Source: Octopus vulgaris
Taxonomy: Eukaryota
NCBI GenBank assembly: GCA_951406725.2
Contig: OX597822.1
Coordinates: 102,052,001 to 102,116,000, forward strand
Length of the DNA: 64,000 nucleotides
Reading direction: 5' to 3'
Made by a program: the position numbers and the translations under genes. The notes below the pieces were generated by a model, which did not search any database, was not told the origin of the DNA, and worked only from the letters and a program-made list of their open reading frames with translations. Below, piece by piece: positions 1 through 15,249 of this stretch (its first letter is position 1; each line of letters starts with the position of its first letter).

Positions 1-1007
1 TAAAGTTTCCAGATCTGTTTTGAGATTTGGTGGTATTGAACCCAATGTTCTGATAACAATTGAGACAACCTTTATGTTTGACTCTCGTAGCTGCCACATC
101 TTAGCGACCTCAATTTCCAAATTAGGTTGGTAGGGATATACAACCCTAGCGGATACTCTATTCACTTTTACCTGTTAATAATACCGGCTAATCTTCGCGA
201 GAGTAGAAAAGCTCCAGTTAGTTTATTTTACTATCCACAGTATTTGTATATACAAGACAATCCTTTGTAATATTAGTTATGTCTTTTAGCCTATTGTATA
301 CTCTTCTGTTGATAGAATGTAGAATGCGATGTTATGTTCATGTGGAGTCATTAATGTCGCATGTAAAAAGAGTTCAGTTGGCTGTTGGCGAAACTGGATT
401 GCGGACAAGAGTGCACGAAAAGCTAGCACTACAATGATACTGGTAAGAATAAATAGCTACAGATAGCGTAGATGTCAGTCAAGAAAAGCAGGAAGATAGT
501 TTGTCGTGGAATGGAATCAGAAATGGTTTTATTGATATAAAAAGGTTCATTTTAGTAAAAATAAAATAAAAATAAAAAAACAAATGGATTAACTATATTT
601 TGTTCATTTATAAAGACGGAAAGACAAAATATAAACAACAACGACAACAACAATAACAACAAAAGGAAATATAAGCTTTTAGATTCGTTATCTTCTGATT
701 TATAAGTAAAGAAAAAACATCTCTCAGACAGATTTGCAATACAGAAGCTGATTTAAAATGCCAAACTATTTCTTTGGAGATAAATCTTACTTGCAAATGG
801 AAACAATCTAAAAACCGTATATATATGATTATTTCTGAAACGTTTAGCGTTCGGCGTAGCTTCATATTTATTTGCCCTCTCTTTATTTGTTGTTGATGAG
901 GACGACGACGACGATAAAGACAATAAACGACGACGACGATGACGACGATGATGTTGATGATTGTGCTGAGGATTATGATGGTGGTACTGATTATAACATA
1001 AACTTAC

Positions 1008-1055
<48 letters not shown>

Positions 1056-1059
1056 TTAC

Positions 1060-1140
<81 letters not shown>

Positions 1141-1155
1141 TACATATATATATAC

Positions 1156-1216
<61 letters not shown>

Positions 1217-1617
1217 AATGCGAAAACTAATTCCTGTGTGTCCGTGTGTCACACTTAGACCTCTTCTTTCACTATTTGATGACACTCTTACTATTCCTCA
1301 TGATGGAGTGAGAGTAACAGTAGGCATAGAGACGGTGAGAGCGGGGGCGAAGACAGAGAGAGAGAAAAAAAGGAAAGAGAGGGAGAGAAAGAGAGACAAA
1401 GGAATTTGGGGAGAGTTGATGTTTTATTAAAAGTAGTAGTGTTGATGGTGGCAGTGGGAGTAATAATAAAAGAGAGAGAAAAAGGGAGAGGATGTACAAC
1501 TCTGTTTAACCATGTTTCTTTGACAGAAATTCCTGTCACCAGCAAACTGAACACTATCATTTTTGTTTTATTTTTTGCTTACTTTAATATATATATATAT
1601 GTTCTATATATATATAT

Positions 1618-1652
<35 letters not shown>

Positions 1653-1681
1653 TATATATATATATATATATATATATTCTT

Positions 1682-1881
1682 TTCTACTCTAGGCATAAGA
1701 CCCGACATTTTAGAGGAGGGGCCAGTCGATTAGATCGACCCCCAGTACGCAACTGGTACGACCCCGAAAGGATGAAAGGCAAAGTCGACCTTGGCGGAAT
1801 TTGAACTCAGAGCGTAAAGACAGACGAAATACCGATAAGAATTTCGCCCGGCGGGCTAATGTTTCTGCCAGCTCGCTGTCT
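1682..1881 (-). mobile_element. tRNA-derived SINE, family B (Meta-domain-like core)
   Basis: Reverse strand reads GCGAGCTGGCAGAAACATTAGC..GAGTTCAAATTCCGCCAAGGTCGACTTTGCCTTTCATCCTTTCGGGGTCG. It has A/B-box-like motifs and many copies in the window. Confidence 0.8.
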
Positions 1882-2269
1882 TACTATAATATAATAATAT
1901 AATATAATATAATATAGTAAATGTGAATGTCATGTGTGTCGCACTTTTTCAACTTTACTACTAGAGGCCGTAACCCGGCTGACTCCAGGCCGAATCCGAA
2001 CCCACAATCCTGAAATTTTGGATTCTAAAGTTTTCATTATTGTGATTATTTTCAGCGAATTTTTTACTTGAATTTTTGCGACATGTTTTCTTTTTTTTTT
2101 TTTTTTTTTTTTGTATGAGAACAATTTTTATAATCTAAAGGCTAACGCTGTGAGTAAATTAAAAACATTCCGGGTCGAATCCAGACCAGCAATACTGAAA
2201 TTTTGGATTCCTATGTTTTTATTACTACGATTGTTTTTGGCGATTTTTTTTTATATGATATTTTGCGAC

Positions 2270-2352
2270 GGATATGATCATCATTGGGATATGACTCTAG
2301 GGGGAGCAATTGCAACAAATTCTCCAAAACAAGTCAGAGATCTGTTTGCTAG
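2270..2352 (+). pseudogene. Helitron Rep/helicase fragment
   Basis: Translation YDHHWDMTLGGAIATNSPKQVRDLFA resembles the Helitron RepHel block DDxHWDxTLxEA..SPxQxRxLFA. A CTAG plus hairpin end lies nearby at ~1960-1990. Confidence 0.5.
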
Positions 2353-2361
2353 TACATATAC

Positions 2362-2843
<482 letters not shown>

Positions 2844-2863
2844 CATATGTATGTATTTATATA

Positions 2864-4103
2864 CACTTACCGGCCAAAAGTTTAGGACCACCCTATAACG
2901 TTCCTTCAAATCAAGGAAAATAACAAGTTTTATGTCTGAAGAAATAATTTTAGTTTTTCTACCTTCGCATACAATTATACACTACTTTAAATCCAAAATT
3001 AGCAATCGCAGATTTAATTAAAGAAAATTCATATTTTATTTTTATCGAAAAAACACCCTGAGCTTCTATCACGGTGGAGCAGATTCTTGGTCTTCTTTCT
3101 AGTAACTTGTAAAAGTATGTTGATGGAAGTGACTTCCATCCGTCTGCAAACCTTTAAACAACTCGTGCTCATTCGTTCAAAAGGTGTTCGTCTGACAAAC
3201 ACGCTTCGTTTGTTTCCAAAAAGATCGAATTTAGACTCGTCAATCCATAATACTTTTTTTCCAATCTTCTAATGTCCAATTCTTGTGCTGTTCTGCCCAG
3301 TGTAGTCGTTTCAACTTATTTGCCTTTCTTAATAGTGGTTTCTGAACTGCCACGCGACCTTTAAGCTCAGCAGAAAGAAGTCTTCTCTTAAAGTAGTAAG
3401 AGATACTGGATGCTTTCGCGTAGAATTCAGTTCAATGCTTAGTTCCGGACTTGTTTATCTTCTATTCTTTTTCTTGGACAGGGTCAAGTGCCTCTCCTCT
3501 GCAATAGATGTTACTCTGGGCCTACCGGATCTTTTTCTGTCAAAATTTGAGCCAGTTTCACCAAGTCGTTTAAGGCAATGATGCACACCGTTTTTTGATA
3601 GGTCTAGTTTTCTAGGAATATGACTTTCAGAATACCCTTCGTTTGAAAGAATTTCAACTTGAGCTCGTTTTTCAATACTAATCTGTTTGGTTTTTGCCAT
3701 TTTTTACAGCAAGGGTTTACGAAAATAAATTAAAATTACTAGATCTTAATAAATTCTGTATGAGTTATTATATCAGCAGAAATTGAATCACAACCTGAAA
3801 ATTAAAGAAGAAACCTAAGTTAATGTTTACTCTAAAGTTTTGGAAAAGTAATTTTCTCTTCAAGTTTACAGATGCAAATTCAAACAGCGAGGTTCAAGTT
3901 AAGTGGCCTTGAATGCTATAGCATTTTAGCAAAAGGATCCATATTTCTATACAGGATAAATTTTTAATACTGATATAGAAATTTGCTTGAAACCTGCATA
4001 AGGGTTTGCAATAATATAGAATAGGCTAATTTACTTCAAACACGGTAATTTTATGAACATAGTGAAAAATTTCAGGGTGGTCCCAAACTTTTGGTTGGTG
4101 TTG
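2864..4103 (-). mobile_element. Tc1-family DNA transposon, internally deleted and defective
   Basis: Imperfect TIRs CACTTACCGGCCAAAAGTTTAGGACCACCC / GGGTGGTCCCAAACTTTTGGTTGGTGTTG flanked by TA. Transposase remnant from 3700: HTH, RSGRPRVT, then frameshifted WAEQHKNWT..W.K VLWIDESKF. Most of the DDE domain is missing. Confidence 0.9.
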
Positions 4104-4110
4104 TATTTTC

Positions 4111-4141
<31 letters not shown>

Positions 4142-4439
4142 TAATTAAGGAGAGGAGAAAACAAATCCAAAGGCCGATGTATATATTCATTCAATCCATA
4201 TTAACGAAATTCTCTATGGTGTACAAAGCACATACATATATGCATTCATCTATATGATATATAAAATTTCTAAGAATTTATAAATACATTCATATACACG
4301 AAAATTTATGAATATATAAAAATTCATACACATATAAAAAATTACAAACACATAAAAAATCATAAATATAAATATATAAAAAGCGTTGGTGGAGGCCTAT
4401 ATAGAATCCTCCGCACAAGCAACTGATAGGATAGGAAAA

Positions 4440-5640
4440 AATTAATAATTTTTTTTAAATTGTACAAATTAGATATTATATTTGAAAATGTCTCTAAATG
4501 TGTTAACATATTAGATATAACATTAACTTTGGATAATGGCTTATTCCATCCCTATCATAAGCCTAACAAAACAATTAAATATATCCACGCCTTATCAAAT
4601 CATTCCCAAAGTGTCATTAAGGTAATAATTAAAGGCGTGACAAGAATTTCTAATTTGTCCGCAAATGAAAAACTGTTTAACGAGTTTGCAACCCTTTATA
4701 ATACAGCACTAAAAGACAGCGGTTTTAACAGTAAAATATACTATATTAAAACCACGATATTTAAAAACAAATTCGGCAAACAGTTTCCAAATATTACGAA
4801 TTCTAACACTGACTCACATCCTATAAGTAACCCCACCGAATATAGAAATCAACAACACTTTAGATGACTCTCTAGGTTTTTCAAGTATAGCAATAACGAT
4901 ATGGGACAGAATAGGAACTATTCTGGGAGAAAACGGGAAATTGTATGGTTTACAGCCCCTTTTTTCCTCCGGGTAAGAAACCTTCCTTAGTTATTTTTTA
5001 GCATTATCGATAGGAACTTCCCACCTGGTCATAAATGCCATTCCATATTTAATAGATGGTGTCTTAAATTATCCTATTCTACCTCATCCAATCTTGGATC
5101 TATCATCGCAGCAAATAACAGACTTAAACTTAAAAATAACGAAACCATTAGAGACAACCTAACTGAGCCTAACACGAAGAACAATAAGGACTTGGATATT
5201 AAAAATAGTAAAACTAAATCCAGAAACAAAATAAAAACACGTAATTGTCGTAACAGGGTATTTTGTCCCCTTAAAGGCTTGTTTAAGGAGAAATACCGTA
5301 TATAAGGTCAAAGTCTCAATCCTAAATGAACCTAGAAAAATTTAAAAGTAGATATAGGGCGCATATAAACTCGTTCAGTAACCACAAAACAAAAAACTCA
5401 ACTACACTAGTAACCTACATCAATAGATTAAAAATGAACAAAGAATTCGGTATGAATTGGTCTATATTAAGGGAAGCCACACCATATAACACACAAGCGA
5501 ATAATTGCGATTTATGCACGAAAGAGGCAATCCACATAATCCAAGCCAACAAAAATAGTTTACTCAATAAAACATCTGACGTTATAATTACCTGTAGACA
5601 CAAATATCTTTCAACGTTTACATTTTTCAAAAATAATTAA
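4440..5640 (+). mobile_element. Penelope-like element (RT C-terminus + GIY-YIG endonuclease), degraded
   Basis: LDITL..YHKPN..YIHALSNH..RISNLS..YNTALKDSGF, then IVWFTAPF, CRNRVFCPLKG and FKSRYRAH..WSIL..CDLCTKE..LLNK..CRHK. Confidence 0.85.
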
Positions 5641-6599
5641 ACTATAGGATTCTATTTTAGCCTTCATATTATGGACTCTTCTAAAACTTTATATTATATA
5701 TAGCATCGTAATCTTATATTATACATTGTGTTTAAAAATTGAAGTCGAACGGCGTTCATTTTTGTGGCAGTGTGTTGTTTTGTTTTGTTTTGGTTGAAAT
5801 CTTTACGATTCCGTTAAAGTGTGTTATATTGTTGCTAAAGGTCTCTCCTCGTAGGTGTACCACGTTTGTTCCTTGATTGAAATTGCTGTTTTCTCTAACA
5901 AGTTTTCTGTAGAATTGTGTTGTTTCTTCCCATTTATGGTATAACCGACGGAAAGAAACGCTATAGAACCAACAAAATGCCACAGTTATGCGGCTGCAAC
6001 TGGCTATTTTGATCTACAATGAAAAGTATAGCAGGTTGAAAGAAAAATGTGATGTTGAACAACCAGGATTCGTGGTGGAGTTTGATGAACTATTTCATTA
6101 TTATCCATAAGAAGGCTACACAGAAAATGTTCGTTCGACATGTACAACTGATAAAGACAATACAAAACGAGACATAACATAAACTCGGAGAACTAAAAAT
6201 TAATAAAAAGATGACACAACACAAGTAGCAAAATAAAAAAAAAAGAATGAAAATGACGCGTATTACCCACTCGACCTCCGAAGTCGAGTTGTTACATTGT
6301 TACATTATTTTATCACAGTCTTTTCTCTTATTCAAAGTCCCCACATTATTTTCCTTTTTTTCCCAAAAAGTCCACAATATTGTATATTTTGCAATTTTTT
6401 CTCATTCAGCAGTTATGTCCTCATGCCGTTAGCATCGCTTTCATGTTATCATTTTTTTCATTTTAACATTCATTTAATCATAATTTTAATCGCATTGTTT
6501 TATGTCCCCCATGTTTTGTAATGTTCCCTCTTCGTGGCCCCTAGTGGGTAATAAAGAAATACAGCAGTTATGTCCTCATATTCCACCACTGACGGCGGG

Positions 6600-7101
6600 G
6601 CGTCACATAACCAAATTGATTTTATTTCTTTTATCGCTTCTCCAGTTTCTCCAAATGTATCTGTAACTCCCGTCTACCTGTCTTCATGTATCATAATCCC
6701 TATGTCATCCGTTTCATATTCTTATCTGGCCAGTTGAACCCTCACCGCTCTTTTCCATTTTGCAATAGTTTTTCCATTTCTATACTCTTCTTATAAACAA
6801 CTAGTATTCCCTTATACTTGCATTCTTCTTCATTTGATGCTACTTCCACCGCTTGCACACTTTTAGATTTAAATTCCTCCTCACTTTTCTGTGTCTCCTT
6901 CTTAGTTTCCGAAGACGTTTTTCTTGCTTTTGCCGTCTTCCTTTTGGGGCTGATAAACCCATCACTCCCCTCTTTCACCTCGTTCCTTTCCTTTATGTTG
7001 CTGACTCGCTCACCATCGCTTTTATCGTCTTTGTTTTCTTTCCCTTGTTCCATTATTACAATCCGGTGTGTAGCACCAGCTGTTGCTGTATGTGAGTTCA
7101 A
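6600..7101 (-). pseudogene. Possible non-LTR retrotransposon ORF1 remnant (charged low-complexity)
   Basis: K/E-rich ORF 6742-7101 with DGFISPKRK; no diagnostic domain. Confidence 0.25.
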
Positions 7102-7151
7102 AGCACATATTAAAATTGAGAATTATGGAAATATTATTTGCAGAGTTACTG

Positions 7152-7440
7152 TACAATAAAACAGGGAACTGGAAATTTTTTTGGTATTATCTATTCACCA
7201 CTAAACGTACTTCATCAGCCAAAAGGAATTACAAAGTTTTACATGTTAGATAGACATGTAATGAATTCCCTCTTAGAAATTCTTCTGATTGAAAAAATTG
7301 AATAATATTAAATTTTTAATAGGAAATTCCTTACATGTCTGTCTAACATGTAAAACTTCGTAATTCCTGTAGGCGACTGAGACAGGTGTAGCGGTGAATA
7401 AATAATACCAAACAATTTCCAGTGTCCTGTTTCATTATAG
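7152..7440. mobile_element. Fold-back / MITE-like inverted repeat
   Basis: About 120-bp imperfect arms, e.g. GGAATTACAAAGTTTTACATGTTAGATAGACATGTAA vs TTACATGTCTGTCTAACATGTAAAACTTCGTAATTCC. Confidence 0.65.
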
Positions 7441-8002
7441 ATACATATATACAAACACACACACACATATATATATATATACATAAATATAGGAATGGTA
7501 TAATTAAAATACCATCACAAGCGGTAAGCGAATTATTAGCCGTACAGGCAAATGAATAAAATATATACATACAATATTAGATATGTACATATATACACAA
7601 GGGTACTACATAAGCACCTATATCGCCAATGATAGAAGTCAAAAAATACTTCTGTACCACCGAAAAGTCACAAATCTATATATATATATATATATATATA
7701 AATATATATAAATATTAGGGAACAAATCCAAACTTACAGGGAAAAATCAGATTTAGGATTGAATCCAATTTAATAGTAAAATATTATATAATATTAAATT
7801 AGAGACAAAACCACTATTAGGCAAATCATACAATGAAAAACTTAAGCCAATACATAATATTATTTAATTTATATTATTTAAATATATAACAAAATTATTA
7901 AAAAAATATAATTAATATATCACTACGATCGTTTCATGGCTGTTAAATTCTTTAAATATTTATCTTGGCGAGGTTTAAACAATGAGCTTATATATATAAT
8001 GC

Positions 8003-8261
8003 GGAGGCGCAATGGATCGCGGTTTCGGTTCCCAGACCGGGTGTTGTGAGTGTTTATTGAGCGAAAACACCTAAAGCTCCAGCAGGGGGTGGTGACGATC
8101 CCTGCTGTAATCTTTCGCCACAACTTTCTCTCACTCTTTCTTCTGTTGGCCTGCTCGCTTAGCCAGCGGGGTGGCATCATTTGAGGCTAAAACAATGCGA
8201 AGCCCATTGTGACCAGCGATGTGTAGCAACATCTGATAGCCTGGTCGGTCACATGATCACT

Positions 8262-8264
<3 letters not shown>
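8003..8264 (+). mobile_element. SINE family D, tail type 2, head internally deleted
   Basis: GGAGGCGCAATGG..CCCAGACCGG..GAGCGAAAACACCTAAAGCTCCA body; tail ..CGATGTGTAGCAACATCTGAT..CACATGATCAC. Confidence 0.75.
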
Positions 8265-8303
<39 letters not shown>

Positions 8304-9061
8304 GACAAAACAGTCATGTACTGGGGTTGGCTCAGTTATGAGAAGATGCCAATATTGTCATTCTTCAAAATAGCCTTAGCCCATATTTAGATGTTACTTC
8401 CCTCCATATTACTGTCATGTTCGCTCTTTTCAAGGAAGTTTATCATTCCTCCTAGCATTGTGTGTAAACAATTGGATATTTTTCATTTTGTATTGTGAAG
8501 AGTGAGCTGTGAATATACTAGGCGTAGTTCGAAATCACTGTAGTGTATAGAGATCGTGATGGGAAAGTGTTGGAAACGTACCTGAGTTCTTGAGATACGC
8601 AAGAATTGATGTAATATAGACAAGAAAGCTCTTAGTCAATAAAGGCTACGGTAAAGAGAGCTGACAGTAAATTTCTGATCAAAGATATTAGTGACCTGTG
8701 AAGCCCTTAAATGCGTGACATATAAAGAATAGGCATTCAGTAGATCTGGATCTAGGTCAATGGTAACGCTCTTTTAACTCGAAGTGTAGAAAAGTTAATT
8801 GCTTTTCTAAACCCCATTATCATCGACTCCCTTTCGCGTATACAAGTATTTTAGATAAGCTTTTCCTATAACAAAAATTACAGAGATTTTTTTTATAAGT
8901 TGTTCACGTATCACATGAAATATCCAAGGCAAGTCACATCTGACAAGCGCGTCATAGGTTCGTTATCTGTAACTTTAGGGAAACTATACTGGCGATATCT
9001 GAGGACGGATCATGCCTGAACGTGATAAAGATGATCGATTCCGATTGTTGCCATTCTCTGC

Positions 9062-9185
<124 letters not shown>

Positions 9186-9186
9186 A

Positions 9187-9552
9187 TGGAAGCACTCCGT
9201 CGGTTACGACGACGAGGGTTCCGGTTGATCCGAATCAACGGAACAACCTGCTCGTGAAATTAACGTGTAAGTGGCTGAGCACTCCACAGACGCGTGTACC
9301 CTTAACGTAGTTCTCGGGGATATTCAGCGTGACACAGAGAGTGACAAGGCCGGCCCTTTGAAATACAGGTACAACAGAAACAGGAAGTAAGAGTGAGAGA
9401 AAGTTGTGGTGAAAGAGTACAGCAGGGATCACCACCATCCCCTGCCGGAGCCTCGTGGAGTTTTAGGTGTTTTCGCTCAATAAACACTCACAACGCCCGG
9501 TCTGGGAATCGAAACCGCGATCCTACGACCGCGAGTCCGCTGCCCTAACCAC
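9187..9552 (-). mobile_element. tRNA-derived SINE family D, tail type 1
   Basis: Head GTGGTTAGGGCAGCGGACTCGCGGTCGTAGGATCGCGGTTTCGATTCCC; tail ..CCCTCGTCGTCGTAACCGACGGAGTGCTTCCA; near-identical to copies at 10777 and 41150. Confidence 0.85.
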
Positions 9553-9667
9553 TACTACTACTACTAGTAGTAGTAGTAGTAGTAGTATAATGCAATAGTT
9601 TGCAATGTAGTAGTATTGAAGTGTATTGTGGTGTATTGCTTCGAGTTATAACATTTTTAACTTTCAA

Positions 9668-9884
9668 AGGCGGTGAGCTGGCTGAAACGTTAGCACGCCG
9701 GGCGAAATGCTTAGCTGTATTTCGTCTGTCTTTACGTTATAAGTTCAAATTTCGCCGAGGTCGACTTTGCCTTTCTTCCTTTCGGGGTCGATAAATTAAG
9801 TACCAGTTGCGTACTGAGGCCGATCTAATCGACTTGCCCTCCTCCGTCAAAATTTCGGGCCTTGTGCCTTGTATAGAAAAGAAT
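9668..9884 (+). mobile_element. SINE family B
   Basis: GGCGGTGAGCTGGCTGAAACGTTAGCACGCCGGGCGAAATGCTTAGC..GTCGATAAATTAAGTACCAG. Confidence 0.85.
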
Positions 9885-10776
9885 ATTCTTAACTTTCAAT
9901 TGAGAAGATACATTGTTTCACTATTTCCATATTAACTGCTTTGATTGGCCTCTTTATTATAAGATTAGCTTAAAAGCCACACTCCGTACGGATTTTTATG
10001 CTTGCTCTTCCGAAGGCTATTTGAGCATGCGGCCTAAAATTAAAGAGAGCAGTAATAATAAAGCATTTACTGGTGCCCTACACATATGGTATTACCCTAC
10101 AAATATGGTGTTACTTTAATTTCACAAATTTTTGGAGTTCTTTTAAAATTTGAATTTTCAACAAATCCTCATCCAGATCTGATCCCAATGCTGGATGTTC
10201 AAGAACCAAATCATGGGCAGATTTTCAATCTCGGTATCATCCTGATTCCAAAACAGGTATGTCTCTATGTAGAGCAAATGTAGACTGTGATACAGAGGTC
10301 CCGGACGGACAGACAGAATTTCGCGTTTACTTCTTGTATAGATATTAGTATTTCCAACCAGTTGTTTCTGTCAGTGCAGTACCTGGACAAACTTTTCCTG
10401 TTGTGATTTCACCATTCCCAGAATCGAACAAATCGCTCTCAGCTTTTGTAATTCTGTCGTACTCTTTTGCCAAATCGCTAAGTTAGGAAACGTAAAAAAA
10501 GTCAATATTGTACATCAAGCAGTGTGGTGTAAAACACAAAGACACATGCACACATATACACCTTAGGTTTCCAATCAGTGTCCGTAAATTAAATTCTCTT
10601 GCAAGGCATTGATCGGCCCCGGGTTTATTGTAGAAAGAGCTATAGGTAGGACTGAACCCGAAACCACATGATTACGAAGTGAACTTCTTAATCAGACATT
10701 GATGAATTATTGCGACAAAGTTTTACTAAAACGCCAAGAATTGCTCGAGTATATAAAATAATTACCTGTGAATTTA

Positions 10777-11157
10777 GAAGCACTCCGTCGGTTACGACGA
10801 CGAGGGTTCCGGTTGATCCGAATCAACGGAACAGCCTGCTCGTAAAATTAACGTGTAAGTGGCTGAGCACTCCACAGACACGTGTACCCTTAACGTAGTT
10901 CTCGGGGATATTCAGCGTGACACAGAGAGTGACAAAGCCGGTCATTTGAAATACAGGTACAACAGAAACAGGAAGTAAGAGTGAGAGAAAGTTGTGGTGA
11001 AAGAGTACAGCAGGGATCACCACCATCCCCTGCCGGAGCCTCGTGGAGCTGTAGGTGTTTTCGCTCAATAAACACTCACAACGCCCGGTCTGGGAATCGA
11101 AACCGCGATCCTATGACCACGAGTCCGCTGCCCTAACCACTGGGCCATTGTGCCTCC
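10777..11157 (-). mobile_element. SINE family D, tail type 1
   Basis: Full-length match to 9187-9552 with intact head GGAGGCACAATGGCCCAGTGGTTAGG. Confidence 0.85.
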
Positions 11158-11731
11158 CACCTGTGAATAGGTGTGCATGTGTGCTTGTTTATGCTGGAGA
11201 GAGAGAGAGAAGGATGCGTATGTGTGTATTTGTACAAGACCGCAATTGTGGCTGTATGCAACCTTTTTATTGCTCTTTTCTGGTGAAATTTACATTCATT
11301 TCCATAATTTGAATGCGAGTCTAAAATTATCCTAATTTCTGTCTCCAAATTGCTGAACTTAACTCCCTTAATCCAAAATATTCCCTACTTCCAATCACAG
11401 AAACCTCTGGAGTTAATCCCGCTCTAATCTAAAATCCACTAAATAATAATTGTTTTTGGTTGGGGTTTTTTTTATATTTTTAATTTTCAAGTAGAAAAAA
11501 ATAATTTCAAAAATCCTTTTTTCTAATTGCTTGATACTAAACGCTTTACAATCTGAGATTTGGATTGTTATTGTGTTATTGTTATCATCATCATCATCAT
11601 TATTATTATTATTATTATTACTTTTTTTTTCTTCTTTCAAATTTGCTTCCATTTCTTGCCGAGTGTCTTCCCGACTCCTAGGGCAAAGAAACTCATAGTA
11701 TACATTATTATTATTATTATTATTATTATTA

Positions 11732-11783
<52 letters not shown>

Positions 11784-12094
11784 TATTTTATATATTTTAA
11801 ATTCATTCATTTAGTGTTAAGCTAAAGTTATGTTAAAACCAAATGTGACTTACCTCCGACTTACATTACACACACACGCGCACACACACACACATACACA
11901 CACACATATATGCACATTCATAGATACATAATAGATATAAAATATATACGCATATAATTATACACACCATATATATGTATGTGTATCATATATGTGCATG
12001 TATACGCACGTTTGTCTGTGTGTGTGTTTATAAATATACACATGTTTATGTATATAATGATACATACATATATATATATCATACATGTGCACTC

Positions 12095-12130
<36 letters not shown>

Positions 12131-12163
12131 GTATGTATATATATATATATGTATGTATGTATG

Positions 12164-12199
<36 letters not shown>

Positions 12200-12258
12200 T
12201 GTAGATACTTGTGTATGAAATAGACTCTACTGGCCATTAATTGTGGGCATTAAACCAA

Positions 12259-12305
<47 letters not shown>

Positions 12306-12877
12306 AAAATGGTACAAAAGAGCATAACAGAAGTGTCATTCTAATTTGGAGGACAATAATGATCAATAATGTCGTCTGTTAATCTCTTGTTTTATAATTT
12401 ATTTCGAACGAAATATTTTGCATAATGGTAATGGTCTTCGTGTTTGTTAACAACTATTGTTGCCAATAAATCTTTAGTATAGCTTTATAATTGTTACAAT
12501 ACATGTTGTTGAACTACTTTGCAATAATATGGCAGAAAACTCTCAACAGGACGAAATCTAGGTTTCGATTCTCTTATTATTCCGGATGTTCTGACGAGGG
12601 CAGTTTTGGGTATTTTTATGAACTTATATCTCAAAAGAAAAATCAAGCTTCAAAAATATAAATTAGCTGTATTAGAGGGCCCGAGGGCCCGAGTGACCGG
12701 TGACCGGAGATATATCAGCACAGAAATGGACTGCTTTCTCAAAAATTATTTTGTCAAGATCCTGAAGACTATTCCGGGCGGTCTTAGTTCAATGCAAGAA
12801 ATTTTCAGTCAAAATATAAATCTTTCCATTAAATTGTGAGTCGAAATGAGTTTAAAAATGTCCAAATTCGAGCAATA

Positions 12878-13491
12878 CCTATTTCTTTACTACCCACAAG
12901 GGTCTCAACACAGAGGGGACAAACAAGGACAGACAAACGGATTTAGTCGATTACATCGACCCCAGTGCGTAACTGATACTTAATTTATCGACCCCGAAAG
13001 GATGAATGGCAAAGTCGACCTCGGCGGAATTTGAACTCAGAATGTAACGGCAGACGAAATACCTATTTCTTTACTTAAATATATTTCTTTACTACCCACA
13101 AAGGGCTAAACACAGAGAGGACAAACAAGGACAGACAGGCGGATTAATTTGATTACATCGACTCCAGTGCGTAACTGGTACTTAATTTATCGACCCCGAA
13201 AGGATGAAAGGCAAAGTCGACCTCAGCGGAATTTGAACTCAGAATGTAACGGCAGGAGAAATACCTATTTCTTTATTACCCACAAGGCGCTAAACACAGA
13301 GGGGACAAACAAGGACAGACATAGGTATTAATTCGATTACATCGACCCAAGTGCGTAACTGGTACTTATTTAATCGACCCCGAAAGGATGAAAGGCAAAG
13401 TCGACCTCAGCGGAATTTGAACTCAGAATGTAACGGCAGACGAAATACCGCTAAGCATTTCGCCCGGCGTGCTAATGTATCTGCCAGCTCG
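12878..13491 (-). mobile_element. Tandem trimer of SINE family B
   Basis: One headed unit plus two headless ~180-200 bp units joined at AAAGAAATA|GGTATTT. Confidence 0.85.
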
Positions 13492-13769
13492 AGCTAGCAA
13501 TAGCTTCTAAGATAGAGATATAGCATCAATGAACAAAAATCCTGCGATGCAGTCACTTGTGTATATTCTTAAAGCTTTATAGCTGCTGTAGCTCTATCAT
13601 ATTCTTTCTGTTGGTTGTAAATACCTTTTAAGCATCTTCAGATTCATTGAATATAAAAATATTCTGATATATTGTTTGAGTTATATGAATTTGACTGAGC
13701 AGTCCGTTTGAAGCATATTTGCCAAACATTGCCATTTGTAGAATGCAGCATTCTACTTTTATATAAATA

Positions 13770-14141
13770 CTAGCAGTATCGCCCGGCGTTGCTCGGGTTT
13801 GTTTCGACCCTTTAGAATTGGAATTTTTGAAAAGTAAAACTTTTGCATTATGTAACTTGTTATTCTCTTTAAGTGAACATTTTTCTGGTTGAAATGCACC
13901 GAAAAATGGCGACTCAGCAATAAAAAAAATCGTAAAAAATAGGGATTTTTTTTATGTAAATAATTTTTTGTGTTAACATGGTCCGATTTGAATTTTATCT
14001 TCTACGAAATGAAGAGCAAGCCTTCTTCTATCATACTCTCAATTTTGGTCAACTTGCGCCACAGGGGCTCGGAGGAGATAGTGTTAGTTGAAGGCTACCA
14101 AACCTGCCACACACAGACAACTTCAGCTTTATATATAGAGA
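13770..14141 (-). mobile_element. Non-autonomous Helitron
   Basis: 5' TC(TCTATATATAAAG), 3' hairpin CCCGAGCAACGCCGGG followed by CTAG, inserted between A and T; same 3' end at 41732 and 52740. Confidence 0.8.
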
Positions 14142-15176
14142 TTTGTGACTCACTGCAACTCCCTTAATTTACCAAACTCTCCAGGTATAAACGCAACAGT
14201 TGCCCCTGTTCCTAAGGTTACTAAAGAATTGTTGATATTTTCCAAACGACGAAAAGGTTTCAAAATAAAATATCCCTATAGTTATGATAGAAGATAATGT
14301 TAAACCTTTGCGAAGAAACAACAGGAATATTTGGAATTTTAATTACAGTGCCATAATGTATTTCAAAATAAAACTACTCCCAAACCAATCGAAATTCCTC
14401 TTCATCATGCCTGTCTTTCGTTTCAAGGTATCATTAGTTAAATCACTTTGAAGTTTCCTTCCAGTACATTAGATATATGAACTTAAATTACAAGAGCGCA
14501 TAATCCAGATTATGATGAAATGTCTTTCATAAACTATAAAAATCAATTTCACTGTCTTAAGAAAATTCACAATCCACCGAGACAATTACACGGAATATTG
14601 ATTTCTTATAGTGGTAGAGAACTAAACATTGGTAACGAAGAAATAACCAGTGTATATCCTGTTATATACTCAATGGCTCTTTGACGGACGAAAGGCCACA
14701 TCGATTTCAAAGCAATTTGTAAATTAGGATACTGGAGTCTTTAAATATTAATTCTAACTTTTGCACCTGGTGAAGAATATTGAATAGAGTGTGGTCGCAG
14801 CACAAAAAGCAAATAGAGTGAAGTATTCTAATCAATGCTCTAACAAACCTACCAATTCGGCAAAGTTAGTTCTCTTTGTATATAAAGAAAAAGACGTGTT
14901 CAGAAAAAAAGAGATTGTTCTGTGGTATAACGTTGAGTCTTAAATCCGAAAAAACTATTGTGAGATTGTATCAACATCAATCAATTCAGTTACAGTGGAG
15001 TGTGGAAAGTCTAAGGCTTTGTCACTGCTTACCTTTCCGCGGAGACAATACAAAATTGGTGAGCCCTTAATGACTGGGCCATTTAACTTTTATGTGTATG
15101 TGTATATGTGTGTGTACATATGTATATATACACATATGAGTGTATAAATGCACACGCACATACACACACACACATA

Positions 15177-15246
<70 letters not shown>

Positions 15247-15249
<3 letters not shown>

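Noticed and set aside
9500-9552. tRNA genes at SINE heads
   Set aside because: A/B-box-like heads continue into SINE bodies and lack complete cloverleaf acceptor stems.
12581-12710. CTGACGA-GGGC ... GCCC-GAGTGACCGGTG as a long-stem-II hammerhead
   Set aside because: GAAA and NUH are missing and stem I is not adjacent; at best a decayed relic.
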